A stretch of 64,000 nucleotides of DNA. Origin: Bacteroidales bacterium. Its GTDB lineage: Bacteria; Bacteroidota; Bacteroidia; Bacteroidales; GCA-2748055. Position 1 is the stretch's first letter. Each line of letters opens with the position of its first letter. The notes under the pieces are model-generated. The model searched no databases. It was not told where the DNA came from and worked only from the letters and a program-made list of their open reading frames with translations. The stretch lies in NCBI GenBank assembly GCA_040768485.1, contig JAXGMU010000006.1:16349-80348 (forward strand). Reading direction: 5' to 3'. Positions 44,644-54,613 of the stretch are shown piece by piece. The position numbers and the translations under genes were made by a program.

Positions 44644-45834
44644 CTAGCCGATCACCTTCAGCTCCCTTCCCACCTTGATAAAGCCCTCGATGGCCCGGTC
44701 AAGGTGTTCCCGGCGGTGGGCGGCGGAAAGCTGGACGCGGATCCTGGCCTCCCCCTGCGGAACCACGGGATAATAAAATCCAATCACATAGATGCCTTCA
44801 TCAAGGAGCCTGGAGGCGAACTCCTGGGATAGTTTTGCATCATAGAGCATGACCGCACAGATGGCCGAACGGGTGGGTTTGATGTCGAAACCGGCTGCCA
44901 GCATCTTTTCCATGAAGTAATCTGTATTGGAATGCAGCTTCTCCTGCAACTCGGTGGTCTCAGCCATCATATCGAACATCCGGATACCGCCTGCCACCAC
45001 GGAAGGCGGCAGGGAGTTGGAAAAAAGATAAGGTCTTGAACGCTGCCGTAGCATTTCAATCACCTCCCTGTGACCGGTGGTAAAACCCCCGATGGCCCCG
45101 CCGAAAGCTTTACCCAGCGTACCGGTAATGATATCCACCTTCCCCCTCGCGTTGAACAACTCGGTGACCCCGCGGCCGCTTTTCCCGACCACCCCGGCAG
45201 AGTGACTTTCATCCACGATGACAAGGGCGTCATATTTTTCTGCGAGCGCAATGATCCGGTCCACCGGTGCCACATCCCCATCCATGGAAAAGACCCCGTC
45301 GGTGACGATCATACGGAACCGCTGCGTGCGGGCCTCTGCCAGCTGTTCCTCCAGGTCCCCCATGTCATTGTGCCGGTACCGGTACCGCTGTGCTTTGCAA
45401 AGCCTGACCCCGTCAATGATGGAAGCGTGGTTCAGTGCATCGGAGATGATGGCATCCTCCGCGGTGAGCAGTGGTTCGAACAGTCCCCCGTTCGCATCGA
45501 AGCAGGCCGCATACAGGATGGTATCAGCGGTTCCGAAAAAATCAGCGATCTTCTTTTCGAGGGATCTGTGAAGGTCCTGGGTGCCGCAGATGAATCTGAC
45601 GGATGACATTCCGTAACCGTGGGTTTTCATGGCTTCCCCGGCTGCACGGATCAGCTCTGGATGATTGGAAAGGCCCAGGTAATTGTTGGCGCAAAAATTC
45701 AGTACCCTGCTTCCGTTTTCCAGTGTGATCTCAGCATCCTGAGCCGAGGCGATGATCCTTTCGGATTTGAACAATCCTGCGTCACGGATCTGCTCCAGTT
45801 CCTTCTGCAGGTGCTCCTTGAAATTTCCGTACAT
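44644..45834 (-). CDS. kbl: Glycine C-acetyltransferase (2-amino-3-ketobutyrate CoA ligase)
   Basis: 396 aa. NFCANNYLGLSNHPE, VDESHSAGVVG, and the PLP-lysine segment TGTLGKAFGG. Confidence 0.9.
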   Translation of the reverse strand: MYGNFKEHLQKELEQIRDAGLFKSERIIASAQDAEITLENGSRVLNFCANNYLGLSNHPELIRAAGEAMKTHGYGMSSVRFICGTQDLHRSLEKKIADFFGTADTILYAACFDANGGLFEPLLTAEDAIISDALNHASIIDGVRLCKAQRYRYRHNDMGDLEEQLAEARTQRFRMIVTDGVFSMDGDVAPVDRIIALAEKYDALVIVDESHSAGVVGKSGRGVTELFNARGKVDIITGTLGKAFGGAIGGFTTGHREVIEMLRQRSRPYLFSNSLPPSVVAGGIRMFDMMAETTELQEKLHSNTDYFMEKMLAAGFDIKPTRSAICAVMLYDAKLSQEFASRLLDEGIYVIGFYYPVVPQGEARIRVQLSAAHRREHLDRAIEGFIKVGRELKVIG

Positions 45835-45837
45835 ATG

Positions 45838-46791
45838 TCAGGTTTTTAGTTTCTCTCTGATCTCCTTCAGCATGATCCCGGTCATCTTCTCCAGGTCATA
45901 GGTCTGTGCAAATCCCCAGTCCTCACGGGCTTTGGAATCATCCACACTGTGTGGCCAGGTGTCGGCGATGGCCTGCCTGAAGTCGGGTTTAAAGCTGATG
46001 GCAAACTCCGGGATGTGTTTCCTGATCTCACCTGCAATCTCGCCGGGTGTCACACTCATCCCACCCAGGTTGTAGCTGCTGTGGACGGTCAGACTGGAGC
46101 GGTCCGCCTCCATCAGGTTGATGGTGGCGGTGATGGCATCCGGCATGAACAGCATGGGGAGGGCCGTGGCTTCATTCAGGAAACACTCATATTTACCCTG
46201 CCTGACGGCTTCGAAGTAGATCTCCACGGCGTAGTCGGTGGTCCCTCCCCCCGGTTCCGTTTTATAGCTGATCAGTCCGGGATACCTGAGACTCCTCACA
46301 TCCACTCCGAATTTTTTAAAATAGTAATCGCACCATCTTTCTCCTGCGAGTTTGCTGATCCCGTAAACGGTCACCGGATCCATAACAGTGCGCTGGGGGG
46401 TTTCATGGCGGGGGGTGGTGGGACCGAAGACCGCGATGGAGCTTGGCCAGAACACCTTTTTCACCTCCTCCACCATCTTTGCCACTTCCAGGATGTTCAT
46501 CAGGCTGTCCATATTGATCCGCCATGCCTGGGTGGGCAGTTTCTCGGCATTGCCGGAGAGCACGGCGGCAAGGTGATAGACCTGGCTGATCTTGTGACGG
46601 ATAATGAAATGGATCAGCTGCTTGTCATCCATTACATCCAGTATCTGGAACGGTCCGCCTTCCAGGATATCGGGCGGGGCCTGCTTGATGTCGGTGGCAT
46701 ACACATGGGAGTTGCCGTAAATCGTCCGAAGCTCGGCGACCAGTTCCGATCCGATCTGTCCGGCAGCTCCGATAACCAGGATATTGTCCAT
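45838..46791 (-). CDS. tdh: SDR/epimerase-type L-threonine 3-dehydrogenase
   Basis: 317 aa. VIGAAGQIGSEL, YGISKLAGE (YxxxK). It lies directly upstream of kbl with a 3-nt gap, the classical threonine-to-glycine pair. Confidence 0.75.
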   Translation of the reverse strand: MDNILVIGAAGQIGSELVAELRTIYGNSHVYATDIKQAPPDILEGGPFQILDVMDDKQLIHFIIRHKISQVYHLAAVLSGNAEKLPTQAWRINMDSLMNILEVAKMVEEVKKVFWPSSIAVFGPTTPRHETPQRTVMDPVTVYGISKLAGERWCDYYFKKFGVDVRSLRYPGLISYKTEPGGGTTDYAVEIYFEAVRQGKYECFLNEATALPMLFMPDAITATINLMEADRSSLTVHSSYNLGGMSVTPGEIAGEIRKHIPEFAISFKPDFRQAIADTWPHSVDDSKAREDWGFAQTYDLEKMTGIMLKEIREKLKT

Positions 46792-46874
46792 ATGAAATCA
46801 ATTCCGTGTTCGAACGAAATTAGGTGTTTCTCATTCACCAAAAAAATGATCTGTAACATACGTGTCACCGGTTC

Positions 46875-47612
46875 TCAAAAACCCGAGACGTTGTCCAGGT
46901 CCATCCGTGACCTCAGCCGGGGAGAGGCGAATTTGTGAAGCAGCAGCTGGTAAATATTGATGGTAGGCAACAGCAATCCCATCAGATAAATGAAATCTTC
47001 CAGGGGGATCGTGTAGATCCGGACTCCCAGGTTTTCGGCGTTGTTGTACCAGACGACCGGAATGGAGGTGAGCACCCCGTTCACCACCAGAAAAGGAATA
47101 AGGGATACAAGGTAGGTGAGGATAAAACCGGAGAACCAGGAATTGTAGGTTTTCTGAAACAGCTGAAGGAGCAGCATCAGCGAGGTAAAGGCCATCGCGG
47201 TGAACGTGTAGATCCTGTCTGTGACGAAGGGGAGCGACCCGATCATCAGCACCAGCAGCAGATAGATCACGATCCGGGAAAAAACGGGGTGATAAAATCG
47301 TTTCACGAAATACCGCAGTACCTCGTACAGGAAAACGCAGCAGTAGGGGACCACCAGGAAGAACAGCAGCTCCTCAAAGGGCAGTCCCAGGACGTAGAAG
47401 TCCCTCGTATAGTTGTGGTTAAAACCCCAGATCCCCGCACCGGTGAACCAGATGTCCCAGACAACGTAGACCGCACCGGTGATCAGCAGACCCGGGAAGA
47501 TGAATTTGAATTTACGGTGCATGAACACCCGCTTCTCGAAACTCTGGGCAACGGGGTAGAGCAACGAAAGACCCAGCAGGGTGTAATATGTCCATGAACT
47601 GTTTTCCATCAT
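46875..47612 (-). CDS. crtY: Fused lycopene-cyclase-domain protein (CrtYcd type)
   Basis: About 245 aa from ATG 47612, forming an ATGA overlap with the crtB stop. Seven or more TM helices in two similar halves. Carotenoid-gene context. Confidence 0.7.
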   Translation of the reverse strand: MMENSSWTYYTLLGLSLLYPVAQSFEKRVFMHRKFKFIFPGLLITGAVYVVWDIWFTGAGIWGFNHNYTRDFYVLGLPFEELLFFLVVPYCCVFLYEVLRYFVKRFYHPVFSRIVIYLLLVLMIGSLPFVTDRIYTFTAMAFTSLMLLLQLFQKTYNSWFSGFILTYLVSLIPFLVVNGVLTSIPVVWYNNAENLGVRIYTIPLEDFIYLMGLLLPTINIYQLLLHKFASPRLRSRMDLDNVSGF

Positions 47613-48442
47613 GCGAGCCCCATCCGGTACCTGATCCACAGGGAGCCCAGCAGGAGAGCCTTCCTGAGATTGGAGATCCGGTATCTTTTATTGAAAATCC
47701 TGTCGGCACGGGTCCTTTTGATCTTCTGAAAAAGCTTCAGATAATAAGTGTAGGAAACCAGTACACCCAAACGGGAAGCCCTGTTCAGCTGACGTACACC
47801 TTCATGTGCCTCGTCGAAATCACGCTGGATATCCTTTTCTATGGCCTTTTTCGTGGCATCATTGAAATTGTGCAGATCAATACCCGGGAAGTAAAACCTG
47901 CCTCTTTCGGAATAGTCAGACCGGATATCCCTGAGAAAGTTGATCTTCTGGAAAGCTTCCCCGAGCTTCCGGGCCGGATGGATCAGCTTCCGGTATCCGG
48001 CATCATCGTCCGCATAAAAAATCCTCAGGCACATCAGTCCAACCACCTCCGCCGAGCCGTACACATATTTTTTAAAACTCTCCTGGTCATGCTCCTTCTC
48101 GGTCAGATCCATCTCCATGCTGTCCAGAAAGGCGTGGATCAGTTCATGGTCGATCCGGTACCGGTTCACCACCCACTGGAAACTGTGCAGGATCGGGTTG
48201 GTGCTGATCCCGTGCCCAATCGCATGAAAGGTATCCTTTTTGAATTCCTCCAGCAGCTCCCGCTTGGGATGCTCGTGAAAGGTGTCCACGATCTCGTCCG
48301 CCACACGGACGAAACCGTAGATGGCATAAATGGGAAGCCGGAAGGGCTTCTGAAGGAGCCGTACCCCCAGGGAGAACGAGGTGCTGTAATTTCTGGTAGT
48401 CAGCCTGCTGATCTCCAGTGAATTGATGTCATAAAGCGTCAT
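47609..48442 (-). CDS. crtB: Phytoene synthase
   Basis: 277 aa. NYSTSFSLGVRLL, YGFVRVADEIVD (first Asp-rich motif), YGSAEVVGLM, FLRDIRSDY. Confidence 0.9.
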   Translation of the reverse strand: MTLYDINSLEISRLTTRNYSTSFSLGVRLLQKPFRLPIYAIYGFVRVADEIVDTFHEHPKRELLEEFKKDTFHAIGHGISTNPILHSFQWVVNRYRIDHELIHAFLDSMEMDLTEKEHDQESFKKYVYGSAEVVGLMCLRIFYADDDAGYRKLIHPARKLGEAFQKINFLRDIRSDYSERGRFYFPGIDLHNFNDATKKAIEKDIQRDFDEAHEGVRQLNRASRLGVLVSYTYYLKLFQKIKRTRADRIFNKRYRISNLRKALLLGSLWIRYRMGLA

Positions 48443-49910
48443 GCGCGCCGGAAATCCTGTCGGTTACCAGTTTTGAACTGATCACGGCCATGGGCAGTCC
48501 GGTTCCGGGAATGGTGGAAGCCCCTGTGTAAAATACATTTCCGAACTTCTCATCGATGTTTTTCGGTCTGAAGTACCCGATCTGGTTCAGATCGTGGGCA
48601 AGCCCGAGGCCGCTTCCCTTGTAGAGATTGAACATCTTTCCCCAATCCACCGGATCAAAGACGGTTTTGGTGACCAGGTTGGATTTGATGTCGAATCCCG
48701 ATCTTTCGGAAAGATCGGCAATGATGTCATCGGACAGTTTGTCCCGGTCGCTCCAGTCCGGTTTAAACCGCAGATCGGGCACGGGACAGAGGATGAAGAG
48801 GTTTTCATGCCCTTCGGGGGCCATTTCGGGATTGAACTTGGAGTTCACATTTACGTAATAGTAGGGTTTTTCAAGGGAGATGGAGTTCTTGAAGATCTTG
48901 CCTGCGTATTCCTCGAAATTATCTCCCAGAAAGTAGTTATGGTGCTCCAGTCCCCCGATCTTCCCTTTGACTCCCAGGTACATGGTAAAGGGTGCAAGGG
49001 TCCATTTCATCCGGTCCAGCTTTTCCTCGGAAAACTGTTCCCGCCTGAATACGTAGTGGCGGAAACCGGCCGCATCGCTGTTGATCACAAACATGTCCGC
49101 CTCCCATGATTTTCCGTGGTGGTCGGTCAGGGAGGCGAGCCTGCCACCGTGCTCCCTGAAATCCACGATTTCCGTGCCATAATGGACCTGAATGCCTCTT
49201 TTTTCCATCTCGGACATCAAACCCTCCACGATCCGGTACATGCCTCCCCGTACATTGTGATACCCGTCATGCACCAGTTCCGTATAGGTAAGCAGCGTAT
49301 ACAAGGCTGGGGTATCGTAGGGGGTGGCGCCCAGGAAAAAGGCCACCAGGGAGAAGATCTGCTTCACCTCGTCGCTGGTGAAATGCCGGTCCAGTTCCTT
49401 CATCACGGAACGGAACAGCTTCGGAGCGTGTCCCCATGGTACGCGGGCAAGGGTGAAGAGCCAGTGCAGCATGCTGTTGTAATTCTTCTTGATCACCAAA
49501 TCATCGGTGTCGTGGAAGAATTTGCCCGCCGAACCCAGCAGCCGCTCCATCTTTGCCCTGAAGCCGGGTTCGATCTGACGAAATTCTTCAGCCAGCCGGT
49601 CCAGATCCCTGTAGATGGTGTACTTGTTTCCGCTTCCGCTGAACTGCACCGTGTAGAGGGGATCCAGCCGGATGAACTCAAAAGGGGGATCCATCTCCAT
49701 AAACGTGAAGAATTCATCAAATTCATAACTCATGCTGAAAAAAGAAGGCCCCACATCCCATGTGAATCCGTCCTTTTTAAGCTGATTGAGCCTTCCACCC
49801 GCCTGGTGGTGCTTTTCCACCATTTCCACCTGGTAACCCAGTTTGGAAAGCCTGAGTGCAGCAGTGAGCCCAGCAAGTCCGGTTCCCACAACAAGAATTT
49901 TCCGGTTCAT
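48429..49910 (-). CDS. crtI: Phytoene desaturase
   Basis: MNRKILVVGTGLAGLTAALRLSKLGYQVEMVEKHHQAGGR FAD fold. C-terminal FYTGASTIPGTGLPMAVISSKL. Start at ATG 49910. Confidence 0.9.
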   Translation of the reverse strand: MNRKILVVGTGLAGLTAALRLSKLGYQVEMVEKHHQAGGRLNQLKKDGFTWDVGPSFFSMSYEFDEFFTFMEMDPPFEFIRLDPLYTVQFSGSGNKYTIYRDLDRLAEEFRQIEPGFRAKMERLLGSAGKFFHDTDDLVIKKNYNSMLHWLFTLARVPWGHAPKLFRSVMKELDRHFTSDEVKQIFSLVAFFLGATPYDTPALYTLLTYTELVHDGYHNVRGGMYRIVEGLMSEMEKRGIQVHYGTEIVDFREHGGRLASLTDHHGKSWEADMFVINSDAAGFRHYVFRREQFSEEKLDRMKWTLAPFTMYLGVKGKIGGLEHHNYFLGDNFEEYAGKIFKNSISLEKPYYYVNVNSKFNPEMAPEGHENLFILCPVPDLRFKPDWSDRDKLSDDIIADLSERSGFDIKSNLVTKTVFDPVDWGKMFNLYKGSGLGLAHDLNQIGYFRPKNIDEKFGNVFYTGASTIPGTGLPMAVISSKLVTDRISGAHDAL

Positions 49911-50071
49911 TTCATGCAATTTAGCAGTCCCTGGTGGAAGTACCATCAATTTTATCCGTAAATTACTGCTTCCGGACGGAACAACATCAGGGGGTCCGTT
50001 TTGTTTATTAACGAATTTAAAACATTAAACAAATTAACGTAAGATTTGTTTAACGGTCACGAAATTCCGGG

Positions 50072-51535
50072 ATGAAAAAATCCGTAAATATAGTGGGTGC
50101 GGGGATCGCCGGACTGGCCACCGCCATCCGGCTTGCTGCCAGGGATTACAGGGTGACTGTTTTTGAGCGCTCGGATACCCCCGGCGGAAAACTTGGTACC
50201 GTTTCATGGGAAGGATTCAGGTGGGATACGGGACCTTCCCTGTTTACGCTCCCCGACCTGGTGGAAGAGTTGTTCGTCCTTGCGGGATCGGAAATGAAAA
50301 CCTCCGTTCGCTACCAGAAGCTGGAGGTGATCACCAGGTATTTTTACGAGGACGGAAAAATCCTGAATGCCTTCGGCGAACCGGAGCGCTTCGAGGAGGA
50401 GGCCGAACGGGTTTTCGGCGAGCCGGCCGGGCATGTGCGGAAACACCTGGACCACAGCCGTGTTATCTATGAACTGACCAGCGATTTGTTCATCTTCAGC
50501 CGGTTCTTCAGGATGGGGACTTTCATTTCCCCGAAATTCATCAAGGCCCTTCTGCAGGCGTGGAAACTGGACTCCATGGTCACCATGCACGACGCAAACG
50601 AAAAACGGTTCCGGTCACCCCACCTGGTACAGCTGTTCGACAGGTATGCAACCTATAACGGTTCAGATCCCTACCGGGCGCCGGGGACCCTGAATATCAT
50701 TTCACACCTGGAGCATAACCTGGGGGCTTTTTTCCCCGAACGCGGAATGCATTCCCTGGCACTCGGAATGAAGGCGCTGGCAGACCGGATGGGCGTGATC
50801 TTTCATTTCAATCAGCCCGTGGAAAAAGTGGCCATGAACCGGCGGGAAGCAAAAGGGGTGGTCGTGGAGGGCGGGATCTATCCGTCGGATCTGGTGGTCA
50901 GCGACATGGACATCTTCTATCTTTACAGGGACCTGCTGGAGGATGTCACCTTCCCCGTCAGGCAATTCAGAAAAGAGCGGAGCACATCGGCTTTGATCTT
51001 TTACTGGGCCATCGATGATGAATTCCCGGGGCTGGAACTTCACAATATTTTCTTTTCGGGCAATTACAGGGAAGAGTTCTCCTGTCTCAGGGGCAAAAGG
51101 ACCATCCATGATGATCCCACCATTTATCTGTTTATCAGTTCAAAAATGGTTCAGGACGATGCCCCCGGGGGAAAGGAGAACTGGTATGTGATGATCAATG
51201 TGCCGGAGAACCTGGGGCAGGACTGGGACAGGCTGATCGCCCGGGCCAGGAGGAATATCCTGGACAAGCTCCGCAGGAATTTGGGGACCGATGTTGAACC
51301 CCTGATCTTGAAAGAGTTCATTGCCGATCCCCGGAGCATAGAAGCCGGCACATCCTCGCACCGGGGATCCCTATACGGGAACAGCTCGAACAGCAGGATC
51401 GCTGCTTTCAGCCGGCATCCCAATTTCCTCAGGAAATACAGGGGACTCTTCTTTGTCGGGGGCAGCGTGCATCCGGGAGGGGGCATTCCCCTCTGCCTGG
51501 CATCGGCCAGAATTGTGGATCAGCAAATCAAATAG
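50072..51535 (+). CDS. crtD: Phytoene-desaturase-family oxidoreductase, CrtD-like (carotenoid 3,4-desaturase candidate)
   Basis: 487 aa. IVGAGIAGLATAIRLAARDYRVTVFERSDTPGGK and C-terminal FFVGGSVHPGGGIPLCLASARI. It is the second CrtI paralogue in the cluster. Confidence 0.7.
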   Translation: MKKSVNIVGAGIAGLATAIRLAARDYRVTVFERSDTPGGKLGTVSWEGFRWDTGPSLFTLPDLVEELFVLAGSEMKTSVRYQKLEVITRYFYEDGKILNAFGEPERFEEEAERVFGEPAGHVRKHLDHSRVIYELTSDLFIFSRFFRMGTFISPKFIKALLQAWKLDSMVTMHDANEKRFRSPHLVQLFDRYATYNGSDPYRAPGTLNIISHLEHNLGAFFPERGMHSLALGMKALADRMGVIFHFNQPVEKVAMNRREAKGVVVEGGIYPSDLVVSDMDIFYLYRDLLEDVTFPVRQFRKERSTSALIFYWAIDDEFPGLELHNIFFSGNYREEFSCLRGKRTIHDDPTIYLFISSKMVQDDAPGGKENWYVMINVPENLGQDWDRLIARARRNILDKLRRNLGTDVEPLILKEFIADPRSIEAGTSSHRGSLYGNSSNSRIAAFSRHPNFLRKYRGLFFVGGSVHPGGGIPLCLASARIVDQQIK

Positions 51536-51541
51536 AGACAC

Positions 51542-52210
51542 ATGCGAAGGATTATACAACTCATCAGGTCAAAAAGTCCGGTCCCCGTCGTGATCATCTA
51601 TTACACGGTGGGACTGGCCGGATTGATCATCCCCCGGACACGCGGACTGTTTCAGGACCTGACGCCTTTTTCTTTGCTGCTCAGTATCTTCCTGCTCTAT
51701 CTGTACCACGACAGGTTCGGGGTAAGGCTCTGGATCACCTCCCTGCTTATTTTTACCCTGGGATTTCTCGTGGAGGCTGCGGGGGTCGGGACAGGGGTCA
51801 TCTTCGGGGATTACACCTACGGGGAGACCCTCGGGCCGAAATTGTTCCATACCCCGCTGATGATCGGGGTCAACTGGCTGATGCTGGTTTACTGCAGCCT
51901 GTATATCGCGGGACGTTTCATCGACACCCCCTATTTCAGGGCGATCGTGGCCGCGGTGCTGATGGTGGTGTACGATTTTGCCCTTGAACCGGCGGCCATC
52001 TATCTGGATATGTGGAGCTGGGCGGGCGGGGCCGTCCCCATGCAGAATTACCTGGCCTGGCTGATCCTTGCTTTCCTGCTGGGTTCACTGGCCGACTGGA
52101 TGAAACTCCCGGCCCGGGAAAACAAAATCGCACTGCCGTTGTTTTTTGTCCAGCTGGGATTCTTTATCGGACTGGATCTCTGGATATTTGCCGAGAAGAT
52201 ATGGGCATAA
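51542..52210 (+). CDS. cruF: Carotenoid biosynthesis membrane protein (DUF422 / CruF-like 1,2-hydratase candidate)
   Basis: 222 aa with about 7 TM helices. Located between the crtD-like and crtW genes. Family call from size, topology and context. Confidence 0.6.
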   Translation: MRRIIQLIRSKSPVPVVIIYYTVGLAGLIIPRTRGLFQDLTPFSLLLSIFLLYLYHDRFGVRLWITSLLIFTLGFLVEAAGVGTGVIFGDYTYGETLGPKLFHTPLMIGVNWLMLVYCSLYIAGRFIDTPYFRAIVAAVLMVVYDFALEPAAIYLDMWSWAGGAVPMQNYLAWLILAFLLGSLADWMKLPARENKIALPLFFVQLGFFIGLDLWIFAEKIWA

Positions 52211-52896
52211 TTATCGCTTTGCTGGTCATGGGATTATGGGGGGTTCACCTGTGGTACATCCTTTTCCATGTGGAGGTTTCCTGGAGCAATCCCTGGATGT
52301 ACCTTCACATGCTCATTCAGGCTTACCTGTATACGGGCCTGTTCATCACCGGTCACGATGCCATGCACCGTTCCGTATCCCGCATCCGCTGGATCAACAA
52401 TGCCATCGGTTACGTTTCCGTTTTCCTGTTCGCGGGGATGTCCTACCGGAGGCTCATTAAGAATCACTGGGACCACCACCGGTACCCGGCCACCGGGAAG
52501 GATCCTGATTTTTATGTGAAATCGCAGAATTTTTTCGCCTGGTGGTTCACCTTCCTGAAAAGGTATACCACCCTGCTTCAGATCGTCATCATGGCGGTGG
52601 CATTCAATGTCCTGGAGAGACTTGCGGGGGTCTCCGTTCCCGCTCTCATTGTATTCTGGATCGTCCCGGCTTTCCTGGCCACCTTCCAGCTGTTCTATTT
52701 CGGCACCTTCGTGCCTCACAAAAAGCCGCACACGGAAGCCATGGGAAAGCACCGGGCGCGGACCCAGAAAAAGAACCATCTCCAGGCCATGCTTTCATGC
52801 TACTTTTTCGGATACCACTATGAGCACCATGCATATCCCGGAAAGCCCTGGTGGAAGCTCTACCAGGTGAAGAACCAAAGTACCGCCGGTCTATGA
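52201..52896 (+). CDS. crtW: Beta-carotene 4-ketolase (CrtW-type fatty-acid-desaturase-family enzyme)
   Basis: 231 aa from ATG 52201. Three His boxes: GHDAMH, HWDHH, YHYEHHAYP. The track ORF has a false 63-codon extension. Confidence 0.8.
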   Translation: MGIIIALLVMGLWGVHLWYILFHVEVSWSNPWMYLHMLIQAYLYTGLFITGHDAMHRSVSRIRWINNAIGYVSVFLFAGMSYRRLIKNHWDHHRYPATGKDPDFYVKSQNFFAWWFTFLKRYTTLLQIVIMAVAFNVLERLAGVSVPALIVFWIVPAFLATFQLFYFGTFVPHKKPHTEAMGKHRARTQKKNHLQAMLSCYFFGYHYEHHAYPGKPWWKLYQVKNQSTAGL

Positions 52897-53513
52897 TCAT
52901 CAGGGCACGTCATCACTGGTTCTATTATCCCTTTTTCAGACGTTATTCCCGGTGGATGCCCGAATGGTCGTTCAGCAGGGTAAGGCTCCATCACAGCGTG
53001 GGGGACAGGCAGCTGCCTGTATTGATGATCGGAAACCATGTCAGCTGGTGGGACGGGTTCCTGGCCGAATACATCAACCACAAGGTGTTCCGGCGGCGGT
53101 ATCATGTGATGATGCTGGAGGAGCAGCTCAAAAAGAGAATGTTCCTGAATAAAACCGGTGCATACTCCATCAAAAAAGGCAGCAGAAGCGCCATCGAATC
53201 AATCCGTTATACTGCGGAAATCCTTTCAGACAGCCGCAACATGGTGATCCTTTTTCCCCAGGGAAAGATACACAGCATGACGGACCTGCCGGTGAAATTT
53301 GAAACCGGCTGGTACCATCTGTTCCGATACCTCGGCAATCACGTCCAGGTGGTTATCTATGGGGCATTGTACGATATATTCTCCTCAAGAAAGACCGAAC
53401 TGGACCTTTATCTGTACGACTATGCATATGAGGGGAAAAGCCTGGAGGAGATAAACGAAGACTTCAATAGATGTATCCGGGAGAGCATTGAACACCAAAA
53501 AACGCTGGCATGA
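52893..53513 (+). CDS. Lysophospholipid/PlsC-family acyltransferase (candidate carotenoid-glycoside acyltransferase)
   Basis: 206 aa from ATG 52893, forming an ATGA overlap. HX4D motif NHVSWWDG, and FPQGK. Confidence 0.7.
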   Translation: MIIRARHHWFYYPFFRRYSRWMPEWSFSRVRLHHSVGDRQLPVLMIGNHVSWWDGFLAEYINHKVFRRRYHVMMLEEQLKKRMFLNKTGAYSIKKGSRSAIESIRYTAEILSDSRNMVILFPQGKIHSMTDLPVKFETGWYHLFRYLGNHVQVVIYGALYDIFSSRKTELDLYLYDYAYEGKSLEEINEDFNRCIRESIEHQKTLA

Positions 53514-54613
53514 TCTGGCTTGCTTTCCCTGCGTTTGTGTTCCTGGCCGCAAGGCTGGTGATTGTCATCGTCAATATGATCACACGGCAGTGGCTCCGGG
53601 AGGAGGGTCAGGAGACTGCACCTTCGGTTTCGGTGCTGATCCCGGCCAGGAATGAAGCGGAAAACCTGCCGCTGTTGCTGGACGGACTGTTGGAACAGAC
53701 ATATGAACCTTTCGACGTCTGGATATTTGACGATGATTCACATGACGGGACCCGGGCGGTCATCGGGTCCTATGCCGTGCGGGATCCGCGGATCCGGTAT
53801 GTGGAAGGAAATGGAGTGCCGGAAGGATGGAACGGAAAGAACAACGCCTGCCACCAGCTGGCAATGAAGGCTGAAGGGGAGTACCTGCTGTTTCTGGATT
53901 CGGATGTCAGGGTGGAACCCGGCCTGCTGGCAAAGGCGGTGCGGCATGCCCGCAGGCACGACCTCACCCTGCTTTCGATCTTTCCCAGGCAGCTCATGGT
54001 CTCTTTCGGTGAAAAGATCACGGTCCCCGTCATGAACTGGATCCTGGTGAGCCTGCTCCCCCTGGTACTGACCAGGTGGAGCCATTATACTTCCCTGTCG
54101 GCTGCCAACGGGCAATTCATGCTGTTCAGGGGAAGGGAATACAGGCAGCACAGGTTTCATGCGATGGTGAAGGAGATCAACGTGGAAGACATCCATATTT
54201 TCAGGCTGGTAAAACGAATGGGCTATGCGGCCCACACGGTTCTGAGCCGCGGGGAGATTTCCTGCAGGATGTACAGGAACCTGAAGGAAGGGATCATTGG
54301 TTTTACCAGGAGCGTATTTGCGTTTTTCGGGGGGAGCGGAACGATCCTGCTCCTGTTCACCCTGTTTACCACCTTCGGTGTCTTTTTCGTATGGGCGGGC
54401 ATGGGACTGCTGTATGCCCTGATCTATCTCGCCCTTGCCCTTCTCCTCCGTGCCCTGGTGGCCGTGGTCAGTGTCCAGCCGGTCCTGGTCGGCACACTGC
54501 TTTCCCCGCTGATTCAGATCAGCTTTGTACGGATCGTCATCAGGGCTTTTATATTCAGGGCGCGGGGAAAGAACGTGTGGAAAGGGAGAACCATTCAATT
54601 CAAAGGGAGATGA
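53510..54613 (+). CDS. Family 2 glycosyltransferase, CrtQ/CruC-like (candidate carotenoid glycosyltransferase)
   Basis: 367 aa. VSVLIPARNEAENL, IFDDDSHDGT, PEGWNGKNNAC, FLDSDV. N- and C-terminal TM helices. ATGA overlaps on both sides. Confidence 0.75.
   Translation: MIWLAFPAFVFLAARLVIVIVNMITRQWLREEGQETAPSVSVLIPARNEAENLPLLLDGLLEQTYEPFDVWIFDDDSHDGTRAVIGSYAVRDPRIRYVEGNGVPEGWNGKNNACHQLAMKAEGEYLLFLDSDVRVEPGLLAKAVRHARRHDLTLLSIFPRQLMVSFGEKITVPVMNWILVSLLPLVLTRWSHYTSLSAANGQFMLFRGREYRQHRFHAMVKEINVEDIHIFRLVKRMGYAAHTVLSRGEISCRMYRNLKEGIIGFTRSVFAFFGGSGTILLLFTLFTTFGVFFVWAGMGLLYALIYLALALLLRALVAVVSVQPVLVGTLLSPLIQISFVRIVIRAFIFRARGKNVWKGRTIQFKGR

Noticed and set aside
44644-46791. tdh-kbl considered as part of the adjacent carotenoid cluster.
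   Set aside because: This is the classical threonine-to-glycine catabolic pair. It is separated from the lycopene cyclase gene by an 83-bp gap and has no known biochemical link to carotenoid synthesis. The adjacency is most simply coincidental.
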